This document shows positions 36,940-48,520 of a DNA stretch of 63,581 bases, piece by piece. This DNA comes from Rhynchobatus australiae. Taxonomy: Eukaryota. The notes below the pieces were generated by a model. The model saw only the letters and a list, made by a program, of their open reading frames with translations, ran no database searches and was not told the DNA's origin. The stretch is from NCBI GenBank assembly GCA_034780895.1, contig JAUZTB010000066.1, forward strand, positions 25,105,036 through 25,168,616, written 5' to 3'. A program made the translations under genes and the position numbers. Positions within the stretch are counted from its first letter, which is position 1. Every line of letters starts with the position of its first letter.

Positions 36940-37455
36940 CCAGTGGAGCAACACATAAAGGAACTGGAGCAACTCAGTGGATCAGGCAGTATCTGTGGAG
37001 GGAAATGAACAGTCGACGTTTTGGGTCGGGATCCTTCATCAGGACTGGAAAGAAAGAGGGGAGATAGCCGGTATAAAAAGGTGGGGGGAAGGGGTGGAGC
37101 AGGAGCTAGCAGTTGATGGGTGGATCCAGGTGAGGGAGGGGGTGGGGAGAGTGGGAATGAAGCCAGGAGGTGATAGTTGGAAGTAACAAAGGGCTGAAGA
37201 AGATGGAGCCTGATAGAGGACAGTGGAGCCATGGAATAAAGCTGAGGAGGGGAACTGGAGGGAGGAATGTGTGGGTGCTGGGCAGATTGAGAAGGCTAGA
37301 GAGGGGAAAGAGATGGGGTAATGGGATAAGGGGGGAAAAGGGAGTAGAGGGAAGTGGTTACCAGAAGTTAGAGAAATCGATGTTCATGCCATCAGGTTGG
37401 AGACTACCAAGGTGGAGCATGAGGTAGTTTCCTCTAATCTGCGTGTAGCATCAGC
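36940..37455 (-). mobile_element. Penelope-like element 3' end: GIY-YIG endonuclease C-terminus, 3' UTR and terminal repeat
   Basis: Minus-strand DATRRLEE..LMLHLGSLQPDGMNIDFSNFW* (stop 37358-37360), then a pyrimidine-rich UTR and the terminus. Confidence 0.85.
37010..37047 (-). ncRNA. Minimal type-I hammerhead ribozyme motif of a Penelope-like element (this copy mutated)
   Basis: Minus strand reads CAGUC-CUGAUGA-AGGAUCCCGACCC-AAAA-CGUC-GACUG. Stem I is CAGUC/GACUG, the core is CUGAUGA, stem II follows, helix III is reduced to palindromic ACGU, and the GUC site is present. GAAA has mutated to AAAA. Confidence 0.7.
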
Positions 37456-39214
37456 TCAGCCATTGATTTGCATGCAGCAAGACACACAAATAATAAATCA
37501 GATAAATGGTGTTGATCCCATTTGATAGTGTTGGTTGTTATAGTGTTGGCAATGACATTGGAGTAACTCCGTGNNNNNNNNNNNNNNNNNNNNNNNNNNN
37601 NNNNNNNNNNNNNNNNNNNNNNNNNNNNNNNNNNNNNNNNNNNNNNNNNNNNNNNNNNNNNNNNNNNNNNNNNNNNNNNNNNNNNNNNNNNNNNNNNNNN
37701 NNNNNNNNNNNNNNNNNTGAAGTGGCAGCCAAGATTTGAAGATTCTGGAATGGAGATTGATTTTTTTTTTCCGCCCCATTTTCTAACCCGAATTTGAGAG
37801 TATAATCATAGTTTCATTCAGATCAGGTTTGAATTCAGGGCTCCATAGAAGAAAATGTAATTAATCTGAAGTTCCAGAATGTAATTCTTAAGTAAAGATA
37901 CAGTGACATCATTATTTAAAGAAGGGTGTAATTAGTGCTTGTTATGGCTTGTGTCTTCCTTGAGAGTTTTTATATGAAAGTCTTGCTGTTTAAGAACTAT
38001 GACATAATTGCTATATTGCAATGAAGCAAATCCAACAACTAACATCTTCAAAGAAATCTATTGTAAGCTTTTCAGAAAATCTATCACTCCCGTGTTAGTA
38101 TGCTATATATAAGTTGTATAGAACTGCACGTATTCAGAAAATCAGCAATCCGCAGCCTAGTTCGTTTGTCCCAATTCCCACTGCTCTTACCTGTAGCAAA
38201 TCTTACGGAGGTGAAGGGTGGCTGGATGGAGTGGGAGGGCAGGGGATGGGAGGTGTTGATGGATTACAGTTGGGCTTTTTCCAGTTTTTATCCAAACAGT
38301 ATATCTTCCAAATGAAAAAGTTACTATTTAGCATACCAGGCCTAGTGTCCATCCTCTCATTAAAAAGGTTTCCCTCTGGCCAAAGGATTTATCCATTTCT
38401 AATGCAGATTACTCTGGGGCTAGATTATAGATTGAACTAGGGTTTTTTGGTTTATTTGTCATCATCTATTTATCCATGAATGTACAAGGGGAGCATTCAG
38501 TANNNNNNNNNNNNNNNNNNNNNNNNNNNNNNNNNNNNNNNNNNNNNNNNNNNNNNNNNNNNNNNNNNNNNNNNNNNNNNNNNNNNNNNNNNNNNNNNNN
38601 NNAAAGATAATATTGTAACCCTTTGTAATCCAGAACAAGGTTTGGCCAGTTTGACAGTATCAAAATAGGTTTGAATTAGTCATCTCTGTTGCGATCTCTG
38701 GCACACACAACCTTCCAGGGCAAGTGCGTATTTCCTCTTCTGGACAGGTAGATGCAATTATATCACAAAATTTTGAATTTTCCACAAAGAGTGCCTTTGG
38801 ACTTATTAACAAGACAGGCCCACGTAACTGCAAGGCTAACAGTTTGGTTTGAAATACAGTTGTGTTATGTATCTTTAAACTACTATTGAGACGGCAGCAC
38901 CTCAGTACACGAGATAGTGGTTGTGTAATTGGTTTCTGTTCAGTTGGAGCTCCTGATTTCTAACTCTAGGCAACTTGTCGAACGTCATGCTTTGGGTTTA
39001 TGTGCAGTGAGAGAGCTGAATGAAGAAGGCTCCTGAAAACTGTGTGTAGGTGAGTTCCATACTCAGTTTCCAGCTAAGTACAGCAGAGTGGATGAAATCT
39101 TTCTTGCATGCTTACACTATAGGGTTGCTAACTAGGAATTCTGGAAGTGCTGTGCCTGCATTCTAGCCAATTGTGGAAACATTCCCATCCCAGCATTGCT
39201 CCTGTAAGAAGCTG

Positions 39215-39510
39215 TTCTCAGAATCTCAGAATGTTATTATCACTGACATATGTCGTGAAATTTGTTGTTTTGTGGCAGCAGTACAGTGCAAGACATAAAA
39301 TTACTAGAAGTTACAAAAAATAAATAAATAGTGTAAAGCAGGAATAATGAGGTTGGGTTCATGGACTGTTCAGAAATCTGATGACGGAGGGGAAGAAGCT
39401 GTTCCTGAAACATTGAATTTGGGTCTCAGACTCCTCCCCGATGCTAGTAACAAGAATGGGGCATGTCCTGGATGGTGAGGGTCCTTAATGATGGATGCCA
39501 CCGCCTCTTG
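39215..39510 (-). mobile_element. Rex1/Babar 3' end
   Basis: Near-identical to 26008-26310, including the tail ttattatcactgacatatgtcgtgaaatttgttg. Confidence 0.9.
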
Positions 39511-40879
39511 ACTTGCTCTCTCGCTCCTGTTCTTTCAGGTTTGGGAGAAACCTGATGCTGGTGCAGACATGCAATAGGGATGTTCATGGAAGTATTTTGT
39601 TCCTCTGACTTTAGGGTATCACACAACTTGACTGTTGGTTTGGGAACCTTGTCCAGTGCTGCTGTTGTAAATCTTTTAAATTTCAATTCATTCTCCTGTT
39701 AAGAGATGCATTATTCCCTTATTGCCACAGTTTACAAACAGACACCCAGTCTAAATAAAACTGGCCTTACCTTTTTCTTTAAAGAAAAGGTCCCTCTGTT
39801 CCAACCCAGAGGAGCACTCTTGCTCCAGTGTGGTGTTTTGGATTTCCCTCCCCATTTGGCTTGGTGCCAAGGTGAAGACGAGGTGCAAACTGAAGTGGAT
39901 TCAAGCTCTTTTGTTTGGTTCAGCAAAGCTTCCAATTTATTGGAAAGTTCATCTTTTTGGATTGGAATGTGAACAAAATCCCAAAAGAATTTCTCTGATA
40001 TGGATATGTGTGTGCATATGTGTACTGTGCAAGTAAGATTGGATGGTGGCAGTGATGCGAGGAGGTATTCCACAGAACCGTTTGGTTACTCTGACCTGTT
40101 CTCTGCTGCTGGCCTTGATATAAGTGCTTTCTCATTCTGGCAGTCTGGAATGCATTTAGTCTGCAGATAAAGCAGGAATCCTGGCACAGGGAATCTGACC
40201 TTCTGTCTATCTCTTATACAGTCCTTGCACTAGATTCCAGGAAGCACTGCCACCCTTTGGTTTAATCATTGTCCATTAACCAGGGAACTGACTCACTGCA
40301 ATCCTGGTTTCACACAGAATTTACGAGTTTTGTAATTTAGTTGTTCACAGCTGAATGAAATCGGGTCACTTGTTCNNNNNNNNNNNNNNNNNNNNNNNNN
40401 NNNNNNNNNNNNNNNNNNNNNNNNNNNNNNNNNNNNNNNNNNNNNNNNNNNNNNNNNNNNNNNNNNNNNNNNNNNNNNNNNNNNNNNNNNNNNNNNNNNN
40501 NNNNNNNNNNNNNNNNNNNNNNNNNNNNNNNNNNNNNNNNNNNNNNNNNNNNAATTACGAGTATCCTAGGAGGTGTATTAAACTTGTTTGTCAAATAATC
40601 ATTGAACATAATTCCACAAACAGTTTCCTGATGCTTAAGTTTGGAAATGCACCAGCTCGTGCAGTATGAAGCCAAATGCGCCAGATGGTTGTTCAGTCAT
40701 TCTGGCTGCATTGTTTATTCTCTCCTGATGGAAAGTTTATGTGTATTAATGCCAGCTGGGAAAAAGATTGAGATTTATAGTGATGCTTTCCCATTGGAAA
40801 ATCCCTTATGTGGAGAGAACTCAACTCATTGGAATGTAAAACCTTGTTCTCAATGTGTTTCAAAACCCATTGCTAATTT

Positions 40880-41180
40880 TTGAGTGCTGCTTTTGTTTTA
40901 CAGTAAATACAATAGCCAATTTATGTACAGCGAGGTTCCACAGATAAGAAATGAATAACCAACCTGTCATATCCATTAGTTATGGTTTGAGGGATGAATG
41001 TTGGACGGCGCATTGGGAGAACCCTTCTAGCAATGCTTTCAATGAACCTTTAGCATTTACCTGGAGGCAAACTGTGATGTAGTTAACGTCAAATTTGATT
41101 CGTTGCCATCATTGTAACACTCACAGTATTCTACCTAACATCAGCAAGTTTGTGTGCTTGAGTTAAATGAGTGTGTGGCC
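40880..41180 (-). mobile_element. DeuSINE remnant
   Basis: gccaatttatgtacagcgaggttccaca..tggtttgagggatgaatgttgg..gggagaacc..ttaacgtc is the reverse complement of the Deu domain and tail. Confidence 0.6.
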
Positions 41181-43129
41181 AACTTGAGAGACAAGGCTGT
41201 TTCAGGTACTTTCATGTAAGTATTTGGTTTTAATCATTAAGGGCTGTTTTGTAGGAGTTTACTACAGAAATATCATAAATCCTGCCATTTTCTGTAAACT
41301 ATGAGAAGAATTGTAGTGTAAATGGAGTACTGTCTTATTATTTTAATCTATATTTTTACCAGATATATGAAGTTGGCCAATCTGTTTTACTACTGGAGAA
41401 ATATTTTGGGCATTATCACCATATTCTCTCTAATTCGGTTCGGTTTATCTGTTTTTTTTGTATTTATTTTAGCATAAAAAACATTCTGATGCAAAGTCAA
41501 CCTAAGAAGTGAGCACAAATACAAAGTCCATATTGAGCTTAATGCACAGTCAGCTTATAATTTAAAGGTTTCATCAAAGATTTGAACACAGACTTATTCT
41601 TGCTTTGAAACAAACAAATGAAATAAATAAGATTAATGTGTGCAAANNNNNNNNNNNNNNNNNNNNNNNNNNNNNNNNNNNNNNNNNNNNNNNNNNNNNN
41701 NNNNNNNNNNNNNNNNNNNNNNNNNNNNNNNNNNNNNNNNNNNNNNCAAGTTAAGACAAACCATTCAAACCAAAGATTTCTCTCAAATACCACTGATAGA
41801 TGATCAATCAAAACAGATTTATGCCAATATATTTTCCTCTATCTGCCTCAATATATAAAATAAAGGAGCTGCACCTAGAATTATAGAGTATCATTTTTCT
41901 TTTCAGATTTTGGGCTTTCCATTTACTCTTGTATTTGTCCTTGCCAGATTATTGAGAAATGAGTCAGCATAATTGTGAGAATACTGTGTATGAAAGAAAG
42001 AATCGATGGGTTCCTGAAATGATGCCTTGAGTGGCACTCACCAACTGTGGTATACCTGGCTCATTGGAAGTACCAAAATTGCCTTCATTGGGATCATACT
42101 ACTGCTGACCAAGCGAGTTCCAGTCTTGCTGCTGCTGGTGAATGTGATTTTTGCTCAAAGAGCATGCACGCTGTTTCATGCACTCCACGTTATTTCAGTA
42201 ATGCCAGCGGGGCACAGAGGTAGTAGGAAAGAACCTTCATGTTGTGTTCCTTCAGTAACCTGGTTCTTATTTTTCTCACTCATAGTTTTAACCAAAAAGA
42301 TTTACAACAGATTCTTATCAAAAAATATATTGAACAATGACCTTGCAGACTTCAAAACAGTGTTTCCTCCATATATGATAAGGGTTATTGCCATTTCTTT
42401 TCAAACTATTTTAATAAGTGGGTGCTCAGATATAAAGCTTGTCACTGCAGTAAGTCTTGGAGCCCAAGGCCATGTCATAAACCAAGGCTGTGCTGTAGAA
42501 GACAGTTAATTATCAAATTGGGTGGAATGTGTAGGATGGCTGCATATTTGTCAAATAGATCAAACATGGCTAAGACATAACTTGTATTGCGCAGCCTTGT
42601 TACTGTCCTGGCCCGAGGCTGTGAACAGCCCAACATGCTGCTGAGTTTCTGTCCTTTTGCAAGATATGTTTTGAATCTTAAGCCTCTTTTTGCTTTTGCT
42701 CCCTTCAATCCTTCAAATAGTCAGGATTCCTATTGCAATGTTTAATATGCAGACAAAAAAATTCTTCCTAGTTTTATCTACTTGAGAGAAAAACAGATTC
42801 CTAATTGAAAATGAATTCTGTATGTTCTTCAGGATTACTGTTGTTACTTTGATCTTTTATAGTGGTTATATTTGTTAATGGTGAGGATAAGAAGGGAAAA
42901 TCTTGCCAGCGATTGCTTTGCAGAGTTATGTGTGTTTGTTTTGAAAAGAAGTCTTTTGAATTTTCTTGCCTCCATTCCTGCGGGTAGTTCCAGTTGGTGC
43001 CAGTGCCTCTGTGAACTTGACTGAGTGGCCATTTCTCCAGTACAAGAAGAAGTCCAGTCCAGCACTGGCAAACCTTCAGCACAAACATTGTCTGATTTTT
43101 TTTTTCCCTAACCTCAGGAATGCTGAGAC

Positions 43130-43920
43130 CAGTAAAGAACATAAGCATTTAAAAAGTAGGAGCACAAGTAGTTCATGTGGCGCCTTTAGCCTGCTCCACC
43201 ATTTATGATTGTAGCTGATCTGACCTTGGTATCAACCACTTTCTAACCTGTTCTGCGTAACCCTTGGAGACACACAAGAGACTGCAGAAGCTGGAAATCT
43301 GGAGCAACACACAAAATGCTGGAGGAATCCAGAGGGTCATAAAGCATCTACAGAGGGAAATGGGCAGCTGACATTTCAGGTTATGACCCTTCATCAGGAC
43401 TGATGAAGGGTTTCGACCCAAACTGTCGACTGTCCATTTCCCTCCATAGATGCTGCCAGACCCACTGAGTTCCTCCAGCATTTTGTGTGTTGCTGTATAA
43501 CCTTGGTTTCCCTGAAGACCAAAAAATCTTTCTTGGTCTTGAATATATTTGATAACTCAGCATCCACAGCTCTCTGAAATAAAGAATTCCAAAGATTTAT
43601 AATTTTCTAAGAGAAAAAAGGTTCTCCGTTTCTTTATTGAATGAGCATCCTCTTATTCTGAAACAATTTCTCCCTTATTCTAGCTTATCACTTAAGGGAG
43701 AAAATCCTCTCAGTGTTTGCCCTATCAAACCCCCTCAGAATCTTTCATGTTTCAATAAGATCACCTCTCATTTTCCTAATCTCCAGTGAGAATGGTTTGC
43801 CTCATAACACAATGCATATACCCCAGAAATCAATCAGGTTAACTATGCTTTGTCAGCATGGACAAGTTGGGCCGAAGGGCCTGCTCCCATGCTTGATTGC
43901 ATTATGGTTTTCTGAATGTC
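43130..43920 (-). mobile_element. CR1/HER1 LINE 3' end hosting a nested palindromic element
   Basis: aagaacataag..gcctgctccaccatt..gctgatctg continues after the insertion as cagcatccacagctctc..ccctatcaaaccccctcagaatc. A short plus-strand tail lies at ~43850-43915. Confidence 0.8.
43268..43494. mobile_element. Palindromic element of two head-to-head Penelope termini
   Basis: Arms 43303-43397 and 43400-43494 are imperfect reverse complements around cccttcatcag-ga-ctgatgaaggg. Flanked by TSD-like taacc(c)ttgg. Confidence 0.85.
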
Positions 43921-44149
43921 CTGCTACAACTTTGTTAATGATGGATTCCAGCTTTTTCCCAATGCCAGATGATAGCCTAAAACACCTATGCTTTGTCTCC
44001 CCTCCTCCTTGAGTTACATTAGTTACATATGTGGATTTCCAAGCTGCTGGGACCTTTCTAGAGGATCACAAACAACACATTAGTTATAGTCGCTGCAGCT
44101 GACACCACAGAATAAGTCGACCCTGGATCCTCTCTGATTTATTATGCTG

Positions 44150-45415
44150 CGCAGAGAATCAGGTTTACTATAATCATCTTATTTGACGTGAAATTTATTG
44201 TTTTGTGGCAGCAGTACAGTGCAAGGACATTAAAAAAAATATATAAATTACAAAATAAATAGTGCCAAAAAAAAAGGAACAATAAAGTAGTGTTCATGGA
44301 CCATTCAGAAATCTGACTGGTGTGTGTTCTTTTGACTTCCCATTCCTGAAGTCCTCCATTGATTCCTTGGTCTTGCTGACGTTGGGTGTGAGGTTGTTGT
44401 TGTGTCACCACTCAACCAACTGATCTATCTCACTCCTGTACACCACCCCGTTTCCAATAATGGAGTCATCTGTGAATTTATAAATAGTGTTTGAGTTGTG
44501 CTTAGCCACACAGTCATGAGTGTAGAGAGAGTGGAGCAGGGAGCTAAGCACATATCCTTGCAGTGCGTCTGTGTTGAGTATCAGCGAGGAGGAGATCTTA
44601 TCACCCATCTGTACTGACTGTGGCTCCCTGATGAGGAAGTTGAGGATCCAGTTGCAGAGGGAGGTGCAGAGGCCCAGGTTTCGGAGCTTGGTGATTAATA
44701 CTTGGGAGATGATGGTATTGAATGCTGAGCTGTGATCAATAAACAGCAGCCTGACATATGTATTGCTGTTGTCTAGGTGCTCCAAAGCAGAGTGGAGAGC
44801 CAGTGGGATTGCGTCCACTGTAGACCTGTGGTGGTGGTGGGTGGATTGCAGCAGGTCCAGGTCCTTGCTTAGGAAGGAGTTAATTCTAGCTATAACCAAC
44901 CTATCGAAGCACTTCTGATGTAAGTGCTACCAGTCGATAGTCGCTGAGGTAGACCCTGCTCTTGTGCACTGGTATGATTGCGGCCCTTTTGAAGCAGGTG
45001 GGAACCTCTGACTGCACTAGTGAGAGATTGAAGATGTCCTTCAATACTCCAGCCAGTTGGTTGGCACAGATTTTCAGTACCTTGCCAGGTACACCATTGG
45101 GGCCTGATGCCTTGCGAGGATTCACCCTCTTGGAGGATGTTCTAACATCGGTCTCCAAGACGGTGATCACAGTAGCCGGATGCTGTGGGGATTTGTGTAT
45201 ATATATAGTGTTATTTTCCCTTTCAAAGCGTGCATAAAAGGCATTGACCTCATTGGGGAGTGAAGCATCACTGCCATTTATGCTGTTGGGTTTTGCCTTA
45301 TAGGAAGTAACGGCATGCAAACACCGCCATAGCTGTCATATGTCCGATTGTGTCTCTAATTTCACATGGAATTGCCTTTTCGCTCTCACAGTGGCCTTCC
45401 ATAGGTTGTACCTAT
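44150..45415 (-). mobile_element. Rex1/Babar RT pseudogene (longest copy, internally deleted)
   Basis: ORFs 44901-45320 and 44405-44899 encode KASGPNGVPG, DYRLVALTS, RLLFIDHSSAFNTI, QGYVLSSLLHSLYTHDC and KFTDD. The 3' tail lies at 44150-44315. Confidence 0.95.
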
Positions 45416-48234
45416 GTCCTGAATTGCACTTGCTCGCTGAGTCATAAGACATAGTAAGCAATCCTGTCTCTGTATCATGGGAGCCTCTTCTTGAGGAAGT
45501 AATGCTGTTCAGCTAGCAGCACTGACCCTGTCAGCTCACTCATGCAGAGCAGCAAGGTTTTTATGGGCCATCAAGATCATAAAATTAAGTTGTATGCATT
45601 TGATTCAGTATTATCAAACTTGCCTCCTGGTACAGTGCGATAATGAGAAGCTACTGGACATATGACAAAAGTAAATAAGTAACATGTGAAGAAGTAGAAA
45701 ATACTTTGACTCTTGATTCAAGATTACAGTGTCACAAATTTATCTTTTTGTTCCTTGTGTGTTGTATTCTGTGCCTTTGACTAGCTTGGATAGAACAATT
45801 GTTAAGGATTTTTGAAGAACATTTACTCTTTNNNNNNNNNNNNNNNNNNNNNNNNNNNNNNNNNNNNNNNNNNNNNNNNNNNNNNNNNNNNNNNNNNNNN
45901 NNNNNNNNNNNNNNNNNNNNNNNNNNNNNNNTTTTAAGAACATTTACTCTTTTACTCAGTATGTCTACAGTCATACTAACTTTCATTTTACATGTGGTCA
46001 TACATTACAACATAGGTTAGGTTTGTTACCCTGGACAAAAGGTGATTGCTTGTTTTTGTGATCTGACCTAAATGGTGACCTGATACTGCTTTATTATTGT
46101 TATATCTCATGGGCATCTAATAAATTTAAATAGATAAATTCCTATCTTTTTATGATTCAGTGTATAATATTGAATTCTTTCATTAAATGCAGACTGTGAT
46201 AGTTTCAGTGCCAGATTTGTGTAAGGAATGAGGTTTTTGACAAATTTTGAAGTTCGATCCAGTGTAAAATGTTAGAAATTTCCTTTGATGTTTTATGCAA
46301 ATGATCTTTTTGTTGCACTTAGAGTTAAAAAGTTCCTTTGGAATTCACTGGCCTACAGCGCATCTTGTGAAAGATTGTTGCATGTAATTCCTTATTCCTT
46401 TCAAGAAGTGAGTTGTGTGATTTCAGAGAGTAGCACTTCGTGGTCTCGTGAAAGTAAAAATGGAAACAACCCAACAGAGTTTCCTTCACCAGATTCTCTT
46501 ATGTGAATGATAATGTGACGGCAATTTCTGGTTCTTTTCCCTTCAACACTTCATAAATTTCATAAATTGTACTGTAGGTTATAACACCAGCTGAAATTAC
46601 TGGTTGCAGAACCCTGCACTGTATGCTTACGGGCATAACTGAGCCTTTTTTTGCCTTTTAATAGAAAATGAATGAAGTTAGTAAGTAGACTTTGATAGCT
46701 TTAGCTGTGGTGCTCTACTCCTTTTCTGGGCTGGCCCAGCCTTGCGTACAACATGTTTGAGTGCAGGTGCACATATCATGCCCTGTCTGATCTTGCTTAC
46801 CCCCTTTGGCTATCTTTTATCAAGGCCAGGCATCCTTTAACATGAAGGGGTGCAGCTGGGTAGGTGGGGGTTGGGGGTGAGTGCGTGGTGCTGTATGTCA
46901 GAGCCATTACACAGCGGGAATATCACAACATCTTGTCTCTTTGCTGAGTTGGTCTGAGACTGATTGTTAAACTGGTGGGTTTGATGTGAAGCCTTCATAT
47001 CCTGCAACAATATCCAACCTTCCATTCTCCTGCCAAAGGTGGATAGATGGTGTCCTTTCCCACTGTAGACTGAAAGTGCTGGGACAAAGCTATCATTCCA
47101 TAGTTGAGAAGACAGCATTGCTCTGTTTAGATTGTGGATGTGCTCCACAGATTGGGCTGAAGCTAAAGGCTTTCCATTCTACCAAACCAGTCTTTACATA
47201 TGAGTTTGTGTACAAGGGAACAAAGCAAGTAAATTAAAGGCAATTTGTTTGAACTATGCCAAACAGGAAATGTGACAAATATCCTGTGCACAGGTATCCA
47301 AGCCTTTTTTAAAAAGCTCCTGTGTGCGTTGCATCCAGATTGTTCTCTTCAGATTGATTGAAGAATACAGACGTGCAATAACTAGTTTTTTTTTTCCCCC
47401 ACCCTGTTGTGAAAGGACTGCCTGATAAAAGATTTATTGCCTAGTCCTTTCTGGATCAATTTGACATCCGGCAGTGGTTCAGTATACTAACTTTCTNNNN
47501 NNNNNNNNNNNNNNNNNNNNNNNNNNNNNNNNNNNNNNNNNNNNNNNNNNNNNNNNNNNNNNNNNNNNNNNNNNNNNNNNNNNNNNNNNNNNNNNNNNNN
47601 NNNNNNNNNNNNNNNNNNNNNNNNNNNNNNNNNNNNNNNNNNNNNNNNNNNNNNNNNNNNNNNNNNNNNNNNNNNNNNNNNNNNNNNNNNNNNNNNNNNN
47701 NNNNNNNNNNNNNNNNNNNNNNNNNNNNNNNNNNNNNNNNNNNNNNNNNNNNNNNNNNNNNNNNNNNNNNNNNNNNNNNNNNNNNNNNNNNNNNNNNNNN
47801 NNNNNNTGGTGTCACTGACCCAAGGGGATCAGTGATTGTGACGGAATTACCAACGATACACGCTGCCTACCAGCTGACAGCTAATAGCAACTATTCGACT
47901 GTAGTATAAACAGCTAAACTTCAGGGTCATGTCGCTACAGTCTTCAGGTGGTCTCTGATCGATCTTACCAGATTTTTCTCTGATTTTTGTGGGTTTTATT
48001 TCATTGATAGCTCTGAAGAATGTTAGGGTAGGAGGGTAGTGGAGAAAGAAGTGCTTGCCATCAAATTGCACCAGAGAATAACGTGCTGAGAGCAAAAGGT
48101 TCTTGAATGGAACTGAATGGAAAGGCTCAACACGAAGGGTATATAAAGGTGTAGGTTATCCCAGAACAGTGTGATTCCTAATACACGTACGTGTGGTTGC
48201 AAGATCCACAGTAAGTTTAATCATATTGTGACCT

Positions 48235-48520
48235 GAGTAATCTTCTTGGAGCCCTTGGGGATCAGAAGTGACTTGCTTCTGTTCCAGTTTATTTGGGGTG
48301 GTGGAAGAGTCCAATGAGGGGTTACAGCCTCTGCCACAAGTGGGGCAGGTAGTGCTTCACCGGATGGCTGGAACTTTATACGATCATTGTACTGTGGGTG
48401 CACAGCCCCTGCATGTCCCCTCCGGTGTAAATAGGGGAAAAGATTTCTAAAATGGAGGCATGAAGCTTCTATATTCTGCTCCAACAGCAGCAATGAATGG
48501 CTGGAGCCTGAACACTGCTG
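48235..48520 (-). mobile_element. Old LINE 3' end (RTE-like)
   Basis: gagcccttggggatcagaagtgacttgcttc..gagtccaatg..ctctgccacaagtggggcagg. Confidence 0.35.
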
